Assembly (NCBI GenBank): GCA_045578965.1
Contig: JAZNLG010000140.1
Span: 1,105 to 65,104 of the forward strand
DNA: 64,000 bases
Reading direction: 5' to 3'
Source of the DNA: Lachnospiraceae bacterium
GTDB taxonomy: Bacteria; Bacillota; Clostridia; Lachnospirales; Lachnospiraceae
Shown here piece by piece: positions 1 through 10,297 of the stretch. Under the pieces are notes generated by a model. It was given only the letters and a program-made list of their open reading frames with translations. It ran no database searches and was not told the origin of the DNA. Made by a program: the position numbers and the translations under genes. The stretch's first letter is position 1, and each line of letters starts with the position of its first letter.

Positions 1-4
1 TGTG

Positions 5-13
5 TGCTATAAT
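5..13 (+). promoter_or_regulatory. extended -10 element (TGnTATAAT) upstream of dnaD
   Basis: TGCTATAAT at 5-13; any -35 would lie outside the window. Confidence 0.55.
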
Positions 14-115
14 TCATTTTGCTTTAGAATATATAGAACCGATTTGGCATTTGCACCGCTCCCTGCTTGGGACAGGTTGCAGAAGTTGCCTGCAATCGGA
101 TTGGGGGAACCGTAA

Positions 116-1150
116 ATGAATCGCATCACTTTGAATAAGGAGGACAAGCCCGGACTGACAGGTGTGTCAAATCTCTTCATTGACAACTATATGAAAGATG
201 CCAATGATGCCCAGATTAAGACCTATTTATACCTGCTCCGCGCCCAGGCTGCCAATCAGCCCGTCTGCATCTCGGAAATTGCAGATGCCTTTAACCATAC
301 TGAGAAAGAGGTTGTACGCTCACTGCAATACTGGGAGCACCGGAACCTTCTCTCTCTGGAATACGACAATACAAGAAATATCTGCGGAATATGCCTTTTA
401 GAACCGCAGACAGAGATGGCCGAACAACCTGTTTTCGCACCGGTGGTAACACTTCTTCCGCCCAAGGAATCTCTGACTGCCCCTACCGCACCCGCGAAGC
501 CTTCTTACTCTGCTGAGGATTTGAAGGACGCCAAGTCAGACAACAATTTCTTTGGTCTGCTTTGCATCGTGGAACAGTATCTCGGACGACCTTTAAGTCC
601 TTCCGACATAAAGAGCCTTCTTTACATACACCGGGAGCTGGAATTTTCTCAGGATTTGATTGATTTTCTTCTGGAATATTGTCTGGAGAAAGGAAAACGC
701 GAGCTTCGTTCCATCGAGAAAACTGCTGTTTCCTGGTATGAAAGCAACATCCGCACCGTGGCGGAAGCCAAGAAGAATCTGGTTGGATATGACAAGAAGG
801 TTCATACCATTATGAAAGCTTTGGGACGCTTTAATCTTCCCACTGCTGCCGAAACAGACTATATCAACCGCTGGATTAACGAATACGGATTCACCCTTGA
901 GATGATTTTGGAATGTTGTCAGCGTACCGTGAAGGCAACAGATTCTCATCGGCTTGAATATGCAGAAGGAATTTTAAAGAACTGGAAGAAGAACAATTTA
1001 CTCAGCAAAGCAAATGTTTTGGAAGCCGAGAGGACATTTCTGGCCAACCGCAACAACACTTCCAAATCGCCCACTGACATTTCTTTTAACAAACATATGC
1101 GTACCGGATATGACTACGATGCGCTGGAGAAAGAACTGATCAGCAACTAA
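116..1150 (+). CDS. DnaD/DnaB_2-domain replication protein
   Basis: N-terminal 'VSNLFIDNYM..ANDAQIKTYLYLLR' and two repeated DnaB_2-like domains (ending 'YAEGILKNW'); precedes a DnaC-like ATPase. Confidence 0.8.
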   Translation: MNRITLNKEDKPGLTGVSNLFIDNYMKDANDAQIKTYLYLLRAQAANQPVCISEIADAFNHTEKEVVRSLQYWEHRNLLSLEYDNTRNICGICLLEPQTEMAEQPVFAPVVTLLPPKESLTAPTAPAKPSYSAEDLKDAKSDNNFFGLLCIVEQYLGRPLSPSDIKSLLYIHRELEFSQDLIDFLLEYCLEKGKRELRSIEKTAVSWYESNIRTVAEAKKNLVGYDKKVHTIMKALGRFNLPTAAETDYINRWINEYGFTLEMILECCQRTVKATDSHRLEYAEGILKNWKKNNLLSKANVLEAERTFLANRNNTSKSPTDISFNKHMRTGYDYDALEKELISN

Positions 1151-1162
1151 AGGAGAACGAAA

Positions 1163-2161
1163 GTGGCACTTAGCAATTCACAATATGACAGTATTATCCG
1201 GGAATATAACCGAAGACGTCTGGCTTCCAGAAATCTTTTGGAAGAACGAACCAAAGAGGTATATGAAGCATTGCCGGAATACAAAGAAATGGACGATTTG
1301 ATTGCTTCCATTTCCATACAGAAAGCCAAACAGAAACTGATGGCCGGCGAAGGAAATTCAGCATCCGGAAATTCCCTTGAAGAGGATGAGGACATCCATG
1401 ATGTGCTGGAGGATATTAACACCCGCAAGAAACTTCTTTTAACCGGTGCGGGCTATTCCATTCACTACCTTGACCCGATTTATACCTGCCCTTCCTGTAA
1501 GGACACCGGTTTTATCGGGGAAGAGAAATGTCACTGTTTTAAGCAGGCCATGTTGGATCTTTTATATGAACAAACCAACATCAGAGAGATTCTGGCAGAA
1601 GAAACCTTCGATTCCATTTCCTATGAATATCAATTGGGAGAAGACCTGGCTCATTTCAGGAAAGCCGTCGAAAAAGCCGAACAATTCGTAGAATCTTTCG
1701 AATATGACTATCGCAACCTTCTCTTTTATGGTACAGTAGGTACCGGCAAGAGTTTCCTGTCAAACTGTATTGCCAATGCAATTTTGGAACTGGGACACTC
1801 TGTCATATATTTTAGCGCAACGGGACTCTTTCAGAAGATTTCGGAATATGCCTTCCAGAAAAACGGCAAAGATTCCGCTTCCAGTCCCTATGAAGACCTT
1901 TACCATTGCGATTTGTTAATCATTGACGATTTGGGCACGGAACTTACCAATAATTTCGTTGCTTCCCAGCTCTTTTCCATCTTAAACGAGCGACACCTTC
2001 GTCACAAGGCAACCGTAATATCCACGAACTTGAATCTGTCCGATTTGAGTCAGCGTTACTCAGAGAGAGTTTTTTCACGCCTTGCCAGCAATTATGAAAT
2101 CTGTAAATTGTCCGGGCAGGACGTCAGAACATACAAAAAACGAATGTCAATCAGAAAGTGA
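1163..2161 (+). CDS. DnaC/DnaI-like helicase-loader ATPase (IstB-like AAA+)
   Basis: GTG start after AAGGAG; Zn motif CPSCKDTG..CHC; Walker A GTVGTGKS; Walker B LLIIDDLG; STN motif. Confidence 0.85.
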   Translation: MALSNSQYDSIIREYNRRRLASRNLLEERTKEVYEALPEYKEMDDLIASISIQKAKQKLMAGEGNSASGNSLEEDEDIHDVLEDINTRKKLLLTGAGYSIHYLDPIYTCPSCKDTGFIGEEKCHCFKQAMLDLLYEQTNIREILAEETFDSISYEYQLGEDLAHFRKAVEKAEQFVESFEYDYRNLLFYGTVGTGKSFLSNCIANAILELGHSVIYFSATGLFQKISEYAFQKNGKDSASSPYEDLYHCDLLIIDDLGTELTNNFVASQLFSILNERHLRHKATVISTNLNLSDLSQRYSERVFSRLASNYEICKLSGQDVRTYKKRMSIRK

Positions 2162-2171
2162 GGATTTTTTC

Positions 2172-3350
2172 ATGTCTATCCTGCGCGAAGAAATACGAAA
2201 CCTGGAATCCATTCCTGTTGGTTCCCTTGGCCTGATCCCCCTGCAGGGTTGCAAGGAGTTAGGTGAAAAGGTAGACCGCTACCTTGTTGAATGGAGAACT
2301 ACCCGCGAGAATGAACACAAAGACAGTCTTGCATTTGCAGGCTATCAAAGAGATTCCTATATCTTAGATGCCAAAGTTCCCCGTTTCGGTACCGGAGAAG
2401 CCAAAGGTGTCATTAACGAATCCGTTCGTGGTGATGACCTTTATATTATGGTAGATGTTTGTAATCACAGCCTTACCTATTCCCTTTGCGGTAAGCAAAA
2501 CCGCATGTCTCCCGATGACCATTATCAGGATTTGAAACGTATCATTGCTGCAGTTGGCGGAAAGGCAAGACGTATTACAGTCATTATGCCCTTCCTTTAC
2601 GAAAGCAGACAACACAAAAGAAGTTCCCGGGAGTCTCTTGACTGCGCTCTTGCATTACAGGAACTGGTAAATATGGGCGTAGACAACATTATTACTTTTG
2701 ATGCGCATGACCCCCGTGTACAGAACGCAATTCCCCTTCACGGATTTGAAACCGTACAGCCTGCTTATCAGTTTATCAAGGGATTGGTAAATCACGTTCC
2801 CGACATTAATCTGGACGCGGAACATATGATGGTAATCAGCCCCGATGAAGGCGGCATGTCCCGTGCAATCTATATTGCCAACGTACTCGGACTGGATATG
2901 GGAATGTTCTATAAGAGAAGAGATTACACCAGAATCGTAGACGGCAGAAATCCCATTGTAGCACATGAATTCCTCGGTACCAGTGTAGAAGGAAAAGATA
3001 TGATTATTATTGATGATATGATTTCTTCCGGCGAAAGTGTCTTAGAAGTAGCCGCAGCACTGAAAGCACGCAAGGCAGGCCGTATCTTCATCGCCTCTAC
3101 CTTCGGCTTATTTACAAACGGTTTGGAGAAATTTGATAAAGCATACAAAGAAGGTTTGGTTGACCGTGTATTAACCACTAACCTGATTTATCAGGCACCG
3201 GAATTATTGGAGCGCGAATGGTATATCAACTGTGATATGAGTAAGTACATTGCATACATCATTGATACCTTAAATCATGACAGTTCCATCAGCGATTTAT
3301 TGAATCCCAGCGAACGCATTCAGCGTCTCCTTCGGAATCATACCAAATAA
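2172..3350 (+). CDS. prs: ribose-phosphate pyrophosphokinase
   Basis: MPFLYESRQHKR, FDAHDPRVQ, ISPDEGG and IIIDDMISSGES PRPP-binding loop; ATG at 2172 after GAGG. Confidence 0.93.
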   Translation: MSILREEIRNLESIPVGSLGLIPLQGCKELGEKVDRYLVEWRTTRENEHKDSLAFAGYQRDSYILDAKVPRFGTGEAKGVINESVRGDDLYIMVDVCNHSLTYSLCGKQNRMSPDDHYQDLKRIIAAVGGKARRITVIMPFLYESRQHKRSSRESLDCALALQELVNMGVDNIITFDAHDPRVQNAIPLHGFETVQPAYQFIKGLVNHVPDINLDAEHMMVISPDEGGMSRAIYIANVLGLDMGMFYKRRDYTRIVDGRNPIVAHEFLGTSVEGKDMIIIDDMISSGESVLEVAAALKARKAGRIFIASTFGLFTNGLEKFDKAYKEGLVDRVLTTNLIYQAPELLEREWYINCDMSKYIAYIIDTLNHDSSISDLLNPSERIQRLLRNHTK

Positions 3351-3358
3351 GGCAACCC

Positions 3359-3400
3359 ATTATGTCACAAGCAAATCTTTTTGCCTGTGACATAATTTTG
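3359..3400 (+). terminator. hairpin after prs (probable terminator)
   Basis: ATTATGTCACA...TGTGACATAAT inverted repeat followed by T-rich tract. Confidence 0.6.
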
Positions 3401-3540
3401 TTTGTTCGCACAATTTATCTTGTTTTTTTTTTAAATAAATGCTATTCTCAAGATGTGTGTAATATGTTTCACGCGATACGGGAAAAATATTGCGTGACTT
3501 TGTATCCCTAAGGGATGCACATAAAAGAAAGGGTATGCTA

Positions 3541-4035
3541 ATGAGTAGAATAAGGAGTAACCACGGGTTTGCTCTGATTGAGTTGATTATTGTAATCGCA
3601 ATCATGGCTATTTTAGTAGGTATCACTGCGCCTATGCTGATTCGTTATGTTGAGAAAACCAATGTCTCTTCAGACTACCAGCTGGCAGACACCATTCGTT
3701 CCGGCGTGCAATATGCCATTACCGATGCGAAGGTGCAGGAAGATGCAGCCAGCCAGCCGTTCCTTGACCAGATGGAATCCTCCACCGGAATGGATCTCAA
3801 TAACGATTCATCCTTCCTCTCTTCCGATTCCGTTTTAAGAGAGAGTCTGGAGGCCACGTTCGGATTTCCTGCCGAAGAAATTATGGGACAGGTCCGCTCG
3901 GCTCACGGTTCCGGCAGTGTATGTCATATAACCACCACGAACGGTATCGTTACGGTAACGATTACGGAAACAGACCGAACCGGTGCGAAAGACACCTCTT
4001 CCGGCACTCCCGAAAATGACATTACCGTACATTAA
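3541..4035 (+). CDS. type IV pilin-like protein (prepilin cleavage/methylation motif)
   Basis: basic leader MSRIRSNHG|FALIELIIVIAIMAILVGITAP with G-1, F+1, E+5 and hydrophobic helix. Confidence 0.85.
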   Translation: MSRIRSNHGFALIELIIVIAIMAILVGITAPMLIRYVEKTNVSSDYQLADTIRSGVQYAITDAKVQEDAASQPFLDQMESSTGMDLNNDSSFLSSDSVLRESLEATFGFPAEEIMGQVRSAHGSGSVCHITTTNGIVTVTITETDRTGAKDTSSGTPENDITVH

Positions 4036-4052
4036 CACCAATCATATTTCAT

Positions 4053-4094
4053 GGTCAGTTCGAAACCATCCTGACCTTAAAAAAAACTAAGGAG
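4053..4094 (+). ncRNA. preQ1-I riboswitch (type I-like)
   Basis: P1 GGTCAG/CTGACC enclosing TTCGAAACCATC, then A-rich tail TTAAAAAAAACTAA running into the GGAG SD of a QueT gene. Confidence 0.9.
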
Positions 4095-4103
4095 ACCAAT
4101 TCA

Positions 4104-4613
4104 ATGAAGAATCAGAAAGTACTGTACCTGACACAGGGTGCGCTCATTGCTGCGCTCTATGTTCTGCTTACACTTCTTTCGAATTTATTCGGACTTGCAT
4201 CTTCCATGGTGCAGGTCCGTTTTTCGGAAGCGCTGTGTATTTTGCCGCTCTTTTTCCCTGCTGCCCTTCCGGGCCTTGGAATCGGTTGCCTGATTTCCAA
4301 CCTGTTAATCGGCGGAAATTTTTTTGATGTAATCTTTGGAAGTATTGCCACCGTTTTAGGTGCCGCCGGAACCCTGTGGCTTGGCAAATTGTTTACAAAA
4401 AAGAAGGCACCGAAGTGCCTTCCCGTTATTGCCTCTGTTCCGCCTATTCTAAGTAATACCATAATCATTCCGTTTGTATTGAAATATGCTTATGGATTTG
4501 AACCTCTATGGCTTTCTTTCGTTACTGTTTTTGCTGGAGAATTCATCTCCTGCGGCATATTTGGCTGTATCCTTTATGCGGCACTCGCCAAACATCTCAA
4601 ACCACATTCCTGA
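4104..4613 (+). CDS. queT: QueT family queuosine-precursor transporter (ECF S component)
   Basis: GALIAALYVLLT, QVRFSEALCILP, GCLISN, DVIFGSIAT motifs; multi-TM; follows preQ1 riboswitch. Confidence 0.9.
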   Translation: MKNQKVLYLTQGALIAALYVLLTLLSNLFGLASSMVQVRFSEALCILPLFFPAALPGLGIGCLISNLLIGGNFFDVIFGSIATVLGAAGTLWLGKLFTKKKAPKCLPVIASVPPILSNTIIIPFVLKYAYGFEPLWLSFVTVFAGEFISCGIFGCILYAALAKHLKPHS

Positions 4614-4657
4614 AATGCGGCATTCGCCAAACATTTCAAACCTCGTTCCTGACATGC
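4576..4657. repeat. imperfect 39-bp tandem duplication covering the queT 3' end
   Basis: atgcggcactcgccaaacatctcaaaccacattcctgaa (from 4576) and atgcggcattcgccaaacatttcaaacctcgttcctgac (from 4615). Confidence 0.85.
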
Positions 4658-4685
4658 CCCGATGGTTGCAAACCGCACAGAAGTT

Positions 4686-5702
4686 CTACTCCTCATATCC
4701 GTTGGGATTGTTCTTCTGCCAGTTCCAGGCATCTCTACACATTTCATAAATACCACGTTTTGCAACCCAGCCAAGTTCATCCTTGGCTTTTTGCGGGCTT
4801 GCATAACATTCTGCAATATCCCCCGGGCGTCTTTCCTTAATCTCATACGGAATCTCTACCCCATTGGCCTTTTGAAAATTCTCTACAATTTCCAGAACAC
4901 TGTAACCCTTACCGGTTCCCAGATTATAGATTTTAAGACCGGGATTCTCTTTTATCTTATCAATGGCTTTCACATGGCCTACCGCCAAATCCACCACATG
5001 AAGATAATCTCTGACGCCGGTTCCGTCCGGTGTGGGATAATCGTTTCCGAATACGCCAAGCTTTGGTAACTTGCCTACCGCAACCTGTGTAATATACGGC
5101 ATTAAATTGTTTGGGATTCCATTGGGATTCTCTCCCATGGTTCCGCTTTCATGTGCACCGATAGGATTGAAATAACGAAGTAAAATCACGTTCCAGGAAG
5201 CATCTGCCTTCTGAATATCCATCAATACCTGTTCTAACATGGATTTGGTATGCCCGTAAGGATTGGTAATTTCTCCCTTGGGACACTCCTCCGTAATGGG
5301 TACAAAAGCAGGACTGCCGTATACCGTAGCGGAAGAAGAAAATACGATATTCTTAACGCCAAACTCCTCCATCACATGCAAAAGGGTAAGTGTACCCGCG
5401 ATATTATTCTGATAATACAACCAGGGCTTGCTGACAGATTCTCCCACTGCCTTCAATCCTGCAAAATGAATACAGGAATCAATCTTTTCTTTTTTGAATA
5501 TCTCACGAAGACCTTCTTCGTCCAAAATGTCTACCTGATAAAAGGGAACCTCTTTCCCTGTAATCTTGCTGACTCTTTCCAATGACTTGGAAGAAGAATT
5601 GCTTAAATTGTCTACTACCACTACTTCATAGCCGGCATTCTGCAATTCCACAACGGTATGACTACCGATATATCCGGCACCGCCGGTTACCAAAATCGCC
5701 AT
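4686..5702 (-). CDS. galE: UDP-glucose 4-epimerase
   Basis: [47 protein letters not shown]. Confidence 0.96.
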   Translation of the reverse strand: MAILVTGGAGYIGSHTVVELQNAGYEVVVVDNLSNSSSKSLERVSKITGKEVPFYQVDILDEEGLREIFKKEKIDSCIHFAGLKAVGESVSKPWLYYQNNIAGTLTLLHVMEEFGVKNIVFSSSATVYGSPAFVPITEECPKGEITNPYGHTKSMLEQVLMDIQKADASWNVILLRYFNPIGAHESGTMGENPNGIPNNLMPYITQVAVGKLPKLGVFGNDYPTPDGTGVRDYLHVVDLAVGHVKAIDKIKENPGLKIYNLGTGKGYSVLEIVENFQKANGVEIPYEIKERRPGDIAECYASPQKAKDELGWVAKRGIYEMCRDAWNWQKNNPNGYEE

Positions 5703-5727
5703 ATTTCAAAAACCTCCTGTCTTTATA

Positions 5728-6645
5728 CTATTTCCATAAGTATTCAGGATAAATGCCTTTCTCTTTTAATGCCCGAATGGATGCCTCTACCATGGGTTTG
5801 TCCTCTTTGTATGTAACACCGAACCACTTATCGGCAGAGGTAAGAACTTCCACGCTCGCTTTTCCTTCCTTTAACAATCCGCCCACTTCAATGGGAAGAT
5901 AGCACTCAGCCTTCAAAGGATTTTCTTTTACCTTATTGGCAAAGAAATCTGCAAGAGAAGCTCCCATCTCGTTAATTACGCCGGGAGTGAATCCCCACAT
6001 ATTCATGGATACCGGTGTTTCCGGTGAAATATCCACGTAGGTTTCACCGCCGTCCTCTGAATATGCCGCACCTGTTTCTGTCTTGATAATATTGGTGCGC
6101 TCTGCAATATCCACCAGATAACCGTTCTCGGTTACACAACAACCCCTTGCCACGCTCCCGTGCTCTGTCAGGGTATTTCCAAGACGATATCCCACCATGG
6201 CATAACGATACTTCTCATCATCTTCATGTGTGGTAAGAAACTCGTACAACTTACGGAATCCTTCTACACCATAATAATCATCTGCATTAATTACCGCAAA
6301 AGGTTCTGTAACCTCATTTCGCAATGCATAAACTGCATGCGCGGTTCCCCAGGGTTTCACACGGCCTTCGGGTATTACAAAATCTTCAGGCACATCCTCT
6401 AAATCCTGGAACACGTAAGCAACCTCCATATACTTGCTGATAGGATCGCCTACACACTCCCGAAAAATTGCTTCATTCTCCTTCTTGATGATAAAAACAG
6501 CTTTCTTGAATCCTGCTCGAAGGGCATCATAGATAGAGAAATCTAAAATCTTATGTCCCTGCGGATCCACAGGGTCAATCTGCTTTAAGCCACCATATCT
6601 GCTTCCCATCCCTGCTGCTAAAATTACCAATACCGGATTTTTCAT
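5728..6645 (-). CDS. sugar-phosphate nucleotidyltransferase family protein
   Basis: LAAGMGSRYGGLKQ, KPWGTAHA, INADDYYG. Confidence 0.85.
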   Translation of the reverse strand: MKNPVLVILAAGMGSRYGGLKQIDPVDPQGHKILDFSIYDALRAGFKKAVFIIKKENEAIFRECVGDPISKYMEVAYVFQDLEDVPEDFVIPEGRVKPWGTAHAVYALRNEVTEPFAVINADDYYGVEGFRKLYEFLTTHEDDEKYRYAMVGYRLGNTLTEHGSVARGCCVTENGYLVDIAERTNIIKTETGAAYSEDGGETYVDISPETPVSMNMWGFTPGVINEMGASLADFFANKVKENPLKAECYLPIEVGGLLKEGKASVEVLTSADKWFGVTYKEDKPMVEASIRALKEKGIYPEYLWK

Positions 6646-6818
6646 TTCTTCACTCTCCCTTTACAATATTGTATTCATTCGGGGCTTTTTACATCCGACG
6701 CATCTTTCGTTTTGTCCGACGTTTTGCCCGATTACTCTTTTCAGACTACTGTGCACCAATTGTCCCGGGTTTGTGTTTACATACACATATACGCCCCCGC
6801 CTCTGCACTTTTATGGCT

Positions 6819-8930
6819 TTACACCTCAAAAAGTAAATCGCCGTAAGTAGGAATCGGCCAGATCTCTTTGTCCGTAATCATCTCAAGAGCATCTGCCGGC
6901 TTACGAAGAGCCTCCATGGCCACAATAACACGGTCGCGGTAGAAGAAGGCGCATTCCTTGTGGTCCTTTATTCCTTCTGCAATTTCCAACTCCTGCTGTA
7001 AAAGACTTAATGCATCCTGCATCTGTTCTAAGTATGCGCTCACCTTTTCCAAAAGCCCCCGCTGTACTCTGTCACTAACGTTAGCCTGATTTGCAGCAAT
7101 CACCGCCTGGGACAATTCCTTTGCATAGAAAATCACCGCAGGTAAAAGTTTCTTAGATGCCATTTCCACCATACATTTTCCTTCGATGTGAATGGTCTTG
7201 GAATAAGTCTCGTATAAAACATCTTTTCTGGATTCCAACTCTGCCTTGGTAAAAATACCGAACTTTTCAAAAAGGGCAATGGATTTCTCCGTAGTCAGGG
7301 TTTCCACCGCATCCAGCATGGTAGGAAGATTCGGAAGCCCTCTTCTTTCAGCTTCCTTCACCCATTCCTCGGCATAGCCATTTCCGTTGAAGATAATTCT
7401 CTGATGCTTGCTCATGTATTCTTTAATCAGATCATGTACCGCAAGATCAAAATCCTCTGCACCCTCCAGGCGATCCGCTGCTTCGCAGAATGCCTGTGCC
7501 ACAATGGTATTTAAAATGGTATTGGGATCTCCGATGGAATCTGCAGAGCCCACCATACGAAACTCAAATTTATTTCCGGTAAAAGCAAAGGGTGAAGTAC
7601 GGTTTCTGTCCGTAGCATCCTTTAACAAATCCGGCAATGTGGAAACACCGGTTTCCAACAATTCACTTTCCATGCAGTGAGTGGCCTCACCGGTTTCTAC
7701 CAGCTGCTTCACCACATCTTCTAACTGCTCCCCGAGGAAAATGGAAATAATCGCAGGCGGCGCCTCGTCCGCACCGAGACGATGGTCATTTCCTACGTCA
7801 GATGCGCTCTGGCGAAGCAAATCCGCATGCTTATCCACTGCTCTCATTACGCAGGCGAGCACCAGAAGGAACTGCACATTCTCATTGGGTGTTTCACCGG
7901 GATCCAAAAGATTTGTTCCGTTATCCGTGGTAAGAGACCAGTTGTTATGCTTACCGGAACCGTTCACACCCTGGAAAGGTTTCTCATGCAAAAGACAGGT
8001 CAGACCGTGACGCCCTGCCACCTTTTTAAGGGTCTCCATCACAATCTGGTTATGATCCACCGCCACATTGGAAGTCTCATAAATGGGTGCCAGCTCATGC
8101 TGCGCAGGAGCCGCCTCATTATGCTGGGTCTTGGCTGTAACACCAAGTTTCCAGAGCTCCACATTCAAATCCTTCATAAAAGCACCGATGCGCTCACGGA
8201 TACATCCGTAATAATGGTCATCCATTTCCTGTCCCTTAGGAGGCGCTGCACCAAAAAGCGTTCTTCCTGCATAGATTAAGTCCTCACGCTCCAGATAACG
8301 CTCTCTGTCCACAAGAAAATATTCCTGTTCTGCACCAACAGAAGGGATTACTTTATTTGCCTTGGTATTTCCAAACAATCTGACAATTCGAAGTGCCTGT
8401 TCATTGATAGCATCCATGGAACGAAGCAGGGGTGTCTTCTTATCCAGTGCTTCTCCCTTATAAGAACAAAACGCCGTAGGAATACACAGAATCTTGCCGG
8501 TAGCATCCTCACGGATAAAAACCGGTGAAGTAATATCCCAGGCAGTATATCCTCTCGCCTCAAAGGTTGCACGAAGACCGCCCGAAGGGAAGGAGGACGC
8601 ATCCGGTTCTCCTTTAATCAATTCCTTTCCCTTAAATTCCATCAGCATCTTTCCGGACTTATCGGGATGAGAGATAAAAGAATCATGCTTCTCCGCCGTA
8701 ATACCGGTCAATGGCTGGAACCAGTGGCAGTAATGGGTTGCGCCCTTCTCCACTGCCCAATCCTTCATGGCCTTCGCCACCACATCGGCAGTCTGCAACG
8801 AAAGTTCACCGTGCTTATCAATTACATTCTTAATCTCCGTAAAAGCATCCTCCGGAAGACGTTCCTTCATCTCTGCACGGGTAAAAACGTTCTCTCCGAA
8901 AATCTCTTCAATGTTGATAATGTCTGACAT
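6819..8930 (-). CDS. glnA: glutamine synthetase type III
   Basis: about 700 aa; [57 protein letters not shown]; ATG 8930 after GGAG. Confidence 0.95.
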   Translation of the reverse strand: MSDIINIEEIFGENVFTRAEMKERLPEDAFTEIKNVIDKHGELSLQTADVVAKAMKDWAVEKGATHYCHWFQPLTGITAEKHDSFISHPDKSGKMLMEFKGKELIKGEPDASSFPSGGLRATFEARGYTAWDITSPVFIREDATGKILCIPTAFCSYKGEALDKKTPLLRSMDAINEQALRIVRLFGNTKANKVIPSVGAEQEYFLVDRERYLEREDLIYAGRTLFGAAPPKGQEMDDHYYGCIRERIGAFMKDLNVELWKLGVTAKTQHNEAAPAQHELAPIYETSNVAVDHNQIVMETLKKVAGRHGLTCLLHEKPFQGVNGSGKHNNWSLTTDNGTNLLDPGETPNENVQFLLVLACVMRAVDKHADLLRQSASDVGNDHRLGADEAPPAIISIFLGEQLEDVVKQLVETGEATHCMESELLETGVSTLPDLLKDATDRNRTSPFAFTGNKFEFRMVGSADSIGDPNTILNTIVAQAFCEAADRLEGAEDFDLAVHDLIKEYMSKHQRIIFNGNGYAEEWVKEAERRGLPNLPTMLDAVETLTTEKSIALFEKFGIFTKAELESRKDVLYETYSKTIHIEGKCMVEMASKKLLPAVIFYAKELSQAVIAANQANVSDRVQRGLLEKVSAYLEQMQDALSLLQQELEIAEGIKDHKECAFFYRDRVIVAMEALRKPADALEMITDKEIWPIPTYGDLLFEV

Positions 8931-9055
8931 ATTTCTTTTCTCCATATGCAAAATTTAAACGCATTGTCCCGTCCGCGAAACCTCCGTTTCCGACACAATG
9001 ACAGAATGTTTTCCCCAAAGCATTCTTTTTGCTATTAATAAAATACACAATTTAA

Positions 9056-10297
9056 TTATAAATTACAAGATGCCTTTCTTAAAAGGTCATACTGTCCGCA
9101 GGGCACATCCAGTTCTACCCGTAGCGCCTGTTTCGGATGGGGTGCACTTTCCATAGCCATGCCCTCTTCATCATAGATGCCTTTCACTCGTGCTTTCACG
9201 TTGGCACCGTCCGGCTTCATTACCTCAATCTCTTCTCCTACACTGAATTTGTTCTTCTGTTCAATGCAAATGCGGCCTGCTTCATCCACACCATCCACAA
9301 TCCCTAAGTAAATATACTCATTGATATAAGTATTGGAATCATAAATCTGGGTTTCTTCGTTCGGTTTTCCGAAATAAAACCCTGTGGTAAACTGGCGGTA
9401 AGTACACTTGGAAATCTCGCTTTGATACCACTCCATATTGGCTCTGTATTTCTCCGGGCTCTCCAGGTAATCATCAATGGCTTTGCGGTATGTTCGCGCC
9501 ACACAGGCAACATAAAGAGCCGTTTTCATACGACCTTCAATCTTAAGGGAATCAATTCCTGCCTCAATAAGCTCGGGAATATATTCAATCATGCACAAAT
9601 CCTTGGAGTTAAAAATATAGGTACCTCTCTCATTCTCAAAGACAGGCAGATATTCTCCCGGTCTGCTTTCTTCCACCACCGCATATTTCCAGCGACAGGG
9701 ATGGGTACATGCCCCCTGGTTGGCATCTCTTCCCGTAAAATAATTAGACAAAAGACAACGCCCCGAGTATGAAATACACATCGCCCCGTGAACAAAACTT
9801 TCAATCTCCATCTCATCAGGAATCTGACTGCGAATTTCCTTAATTTCTGCCAGGGACAACTCTCTGGCACTTACAACTCTTTTAATCCCCTGCTGCCACC
9901 AGAAACGATAGGTCATGTAGTTGGTGTTATTTGCCTGAGTAGAAATATGAATATCCACATCCGGACAATTCTCCTTTGCCAACATCACCATGCCGGGGTC
10001 CGCCACAATGATTCCGTCCGGCTTCATAAGGGAGAGCTCCTTAAAATATTTAGCAGCCCCCTCCAGATCACTGTTATGCGCCAGAATGTTGGTTGCCACA
10101 TATACCTTAACGCCTCTCTCATGGGCAAAGGCAATTCCCTCTTCCATTTCGGAAGGCGAGAAATTCTTCGCCTTGGCTCTCAGGCCAAAGGCCTCTCCGC
10201 CGATATATACCGCATCTGCGCCAAATACCACTGCTGTTTTCAACACTTCCAGACTGCTTGCAGGAACCAGAAGCTCCGGTTTTCTTTGATTACGCAT
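9056..10297 (-). CDS. U32 family peptidase-like protein (tRNA hydroxylation, TrhP-like)
   Basis: KPELLVPA, HGAMCISYSGRCLLS..RDANQGACTHPCRW, SLKIEGRMK; adjacent to TrmR-like methyltransferase. Confidence 0.88.
   Translation of the reverse strand: MRNQRKPELLVPASSLEVLKTAVVFGADAVYIGGEAFGLRAKAKNFSPSEMEEGIAFAHERGVKVYVATNILAHNSDLEGAAKYFKELSLMKPDGIIVADPGMVMLAKENCPDVDIHISTQANNTNYMTYRFWWQQGIKRVVSARELSLAEIKEIRSQIPDEMEIESFVHGAMCISYSGRCLLSNYFTGRDANQGACTHPCRWKYAVVEESRPGEYLPVFENERGTYIFNSKDLCMIEYIPELIEAGIDSLKIEGRMKTALYVACVARTYRKAIDDYLESPEKYRANMEWYQSEISKCTYRQFTTGFYFGKPNEETQIYDSNTYINEYIYLGIVDGVDEAGRICIEQKNKFSVGEEIEVMKPDGANVKARVKGIYDEEGMAMESAPHPKQALRVELDVPCGQYDLLRKASCNL

Noticed and set aside
116-2161. DnaD plus IstB-like ATPase as a prophage replication module or IS21 element
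   Set aside because: No integrase, istA or phage genes nearby, and the pair is operonic with prs, which fits the chromosomal primosome locus
6700-6732. short repeat gttttgtccgac/gttttgcccgat in an intergenic region
   Set aside because: Only two imperfect 12-mers; no array structure or associated gene
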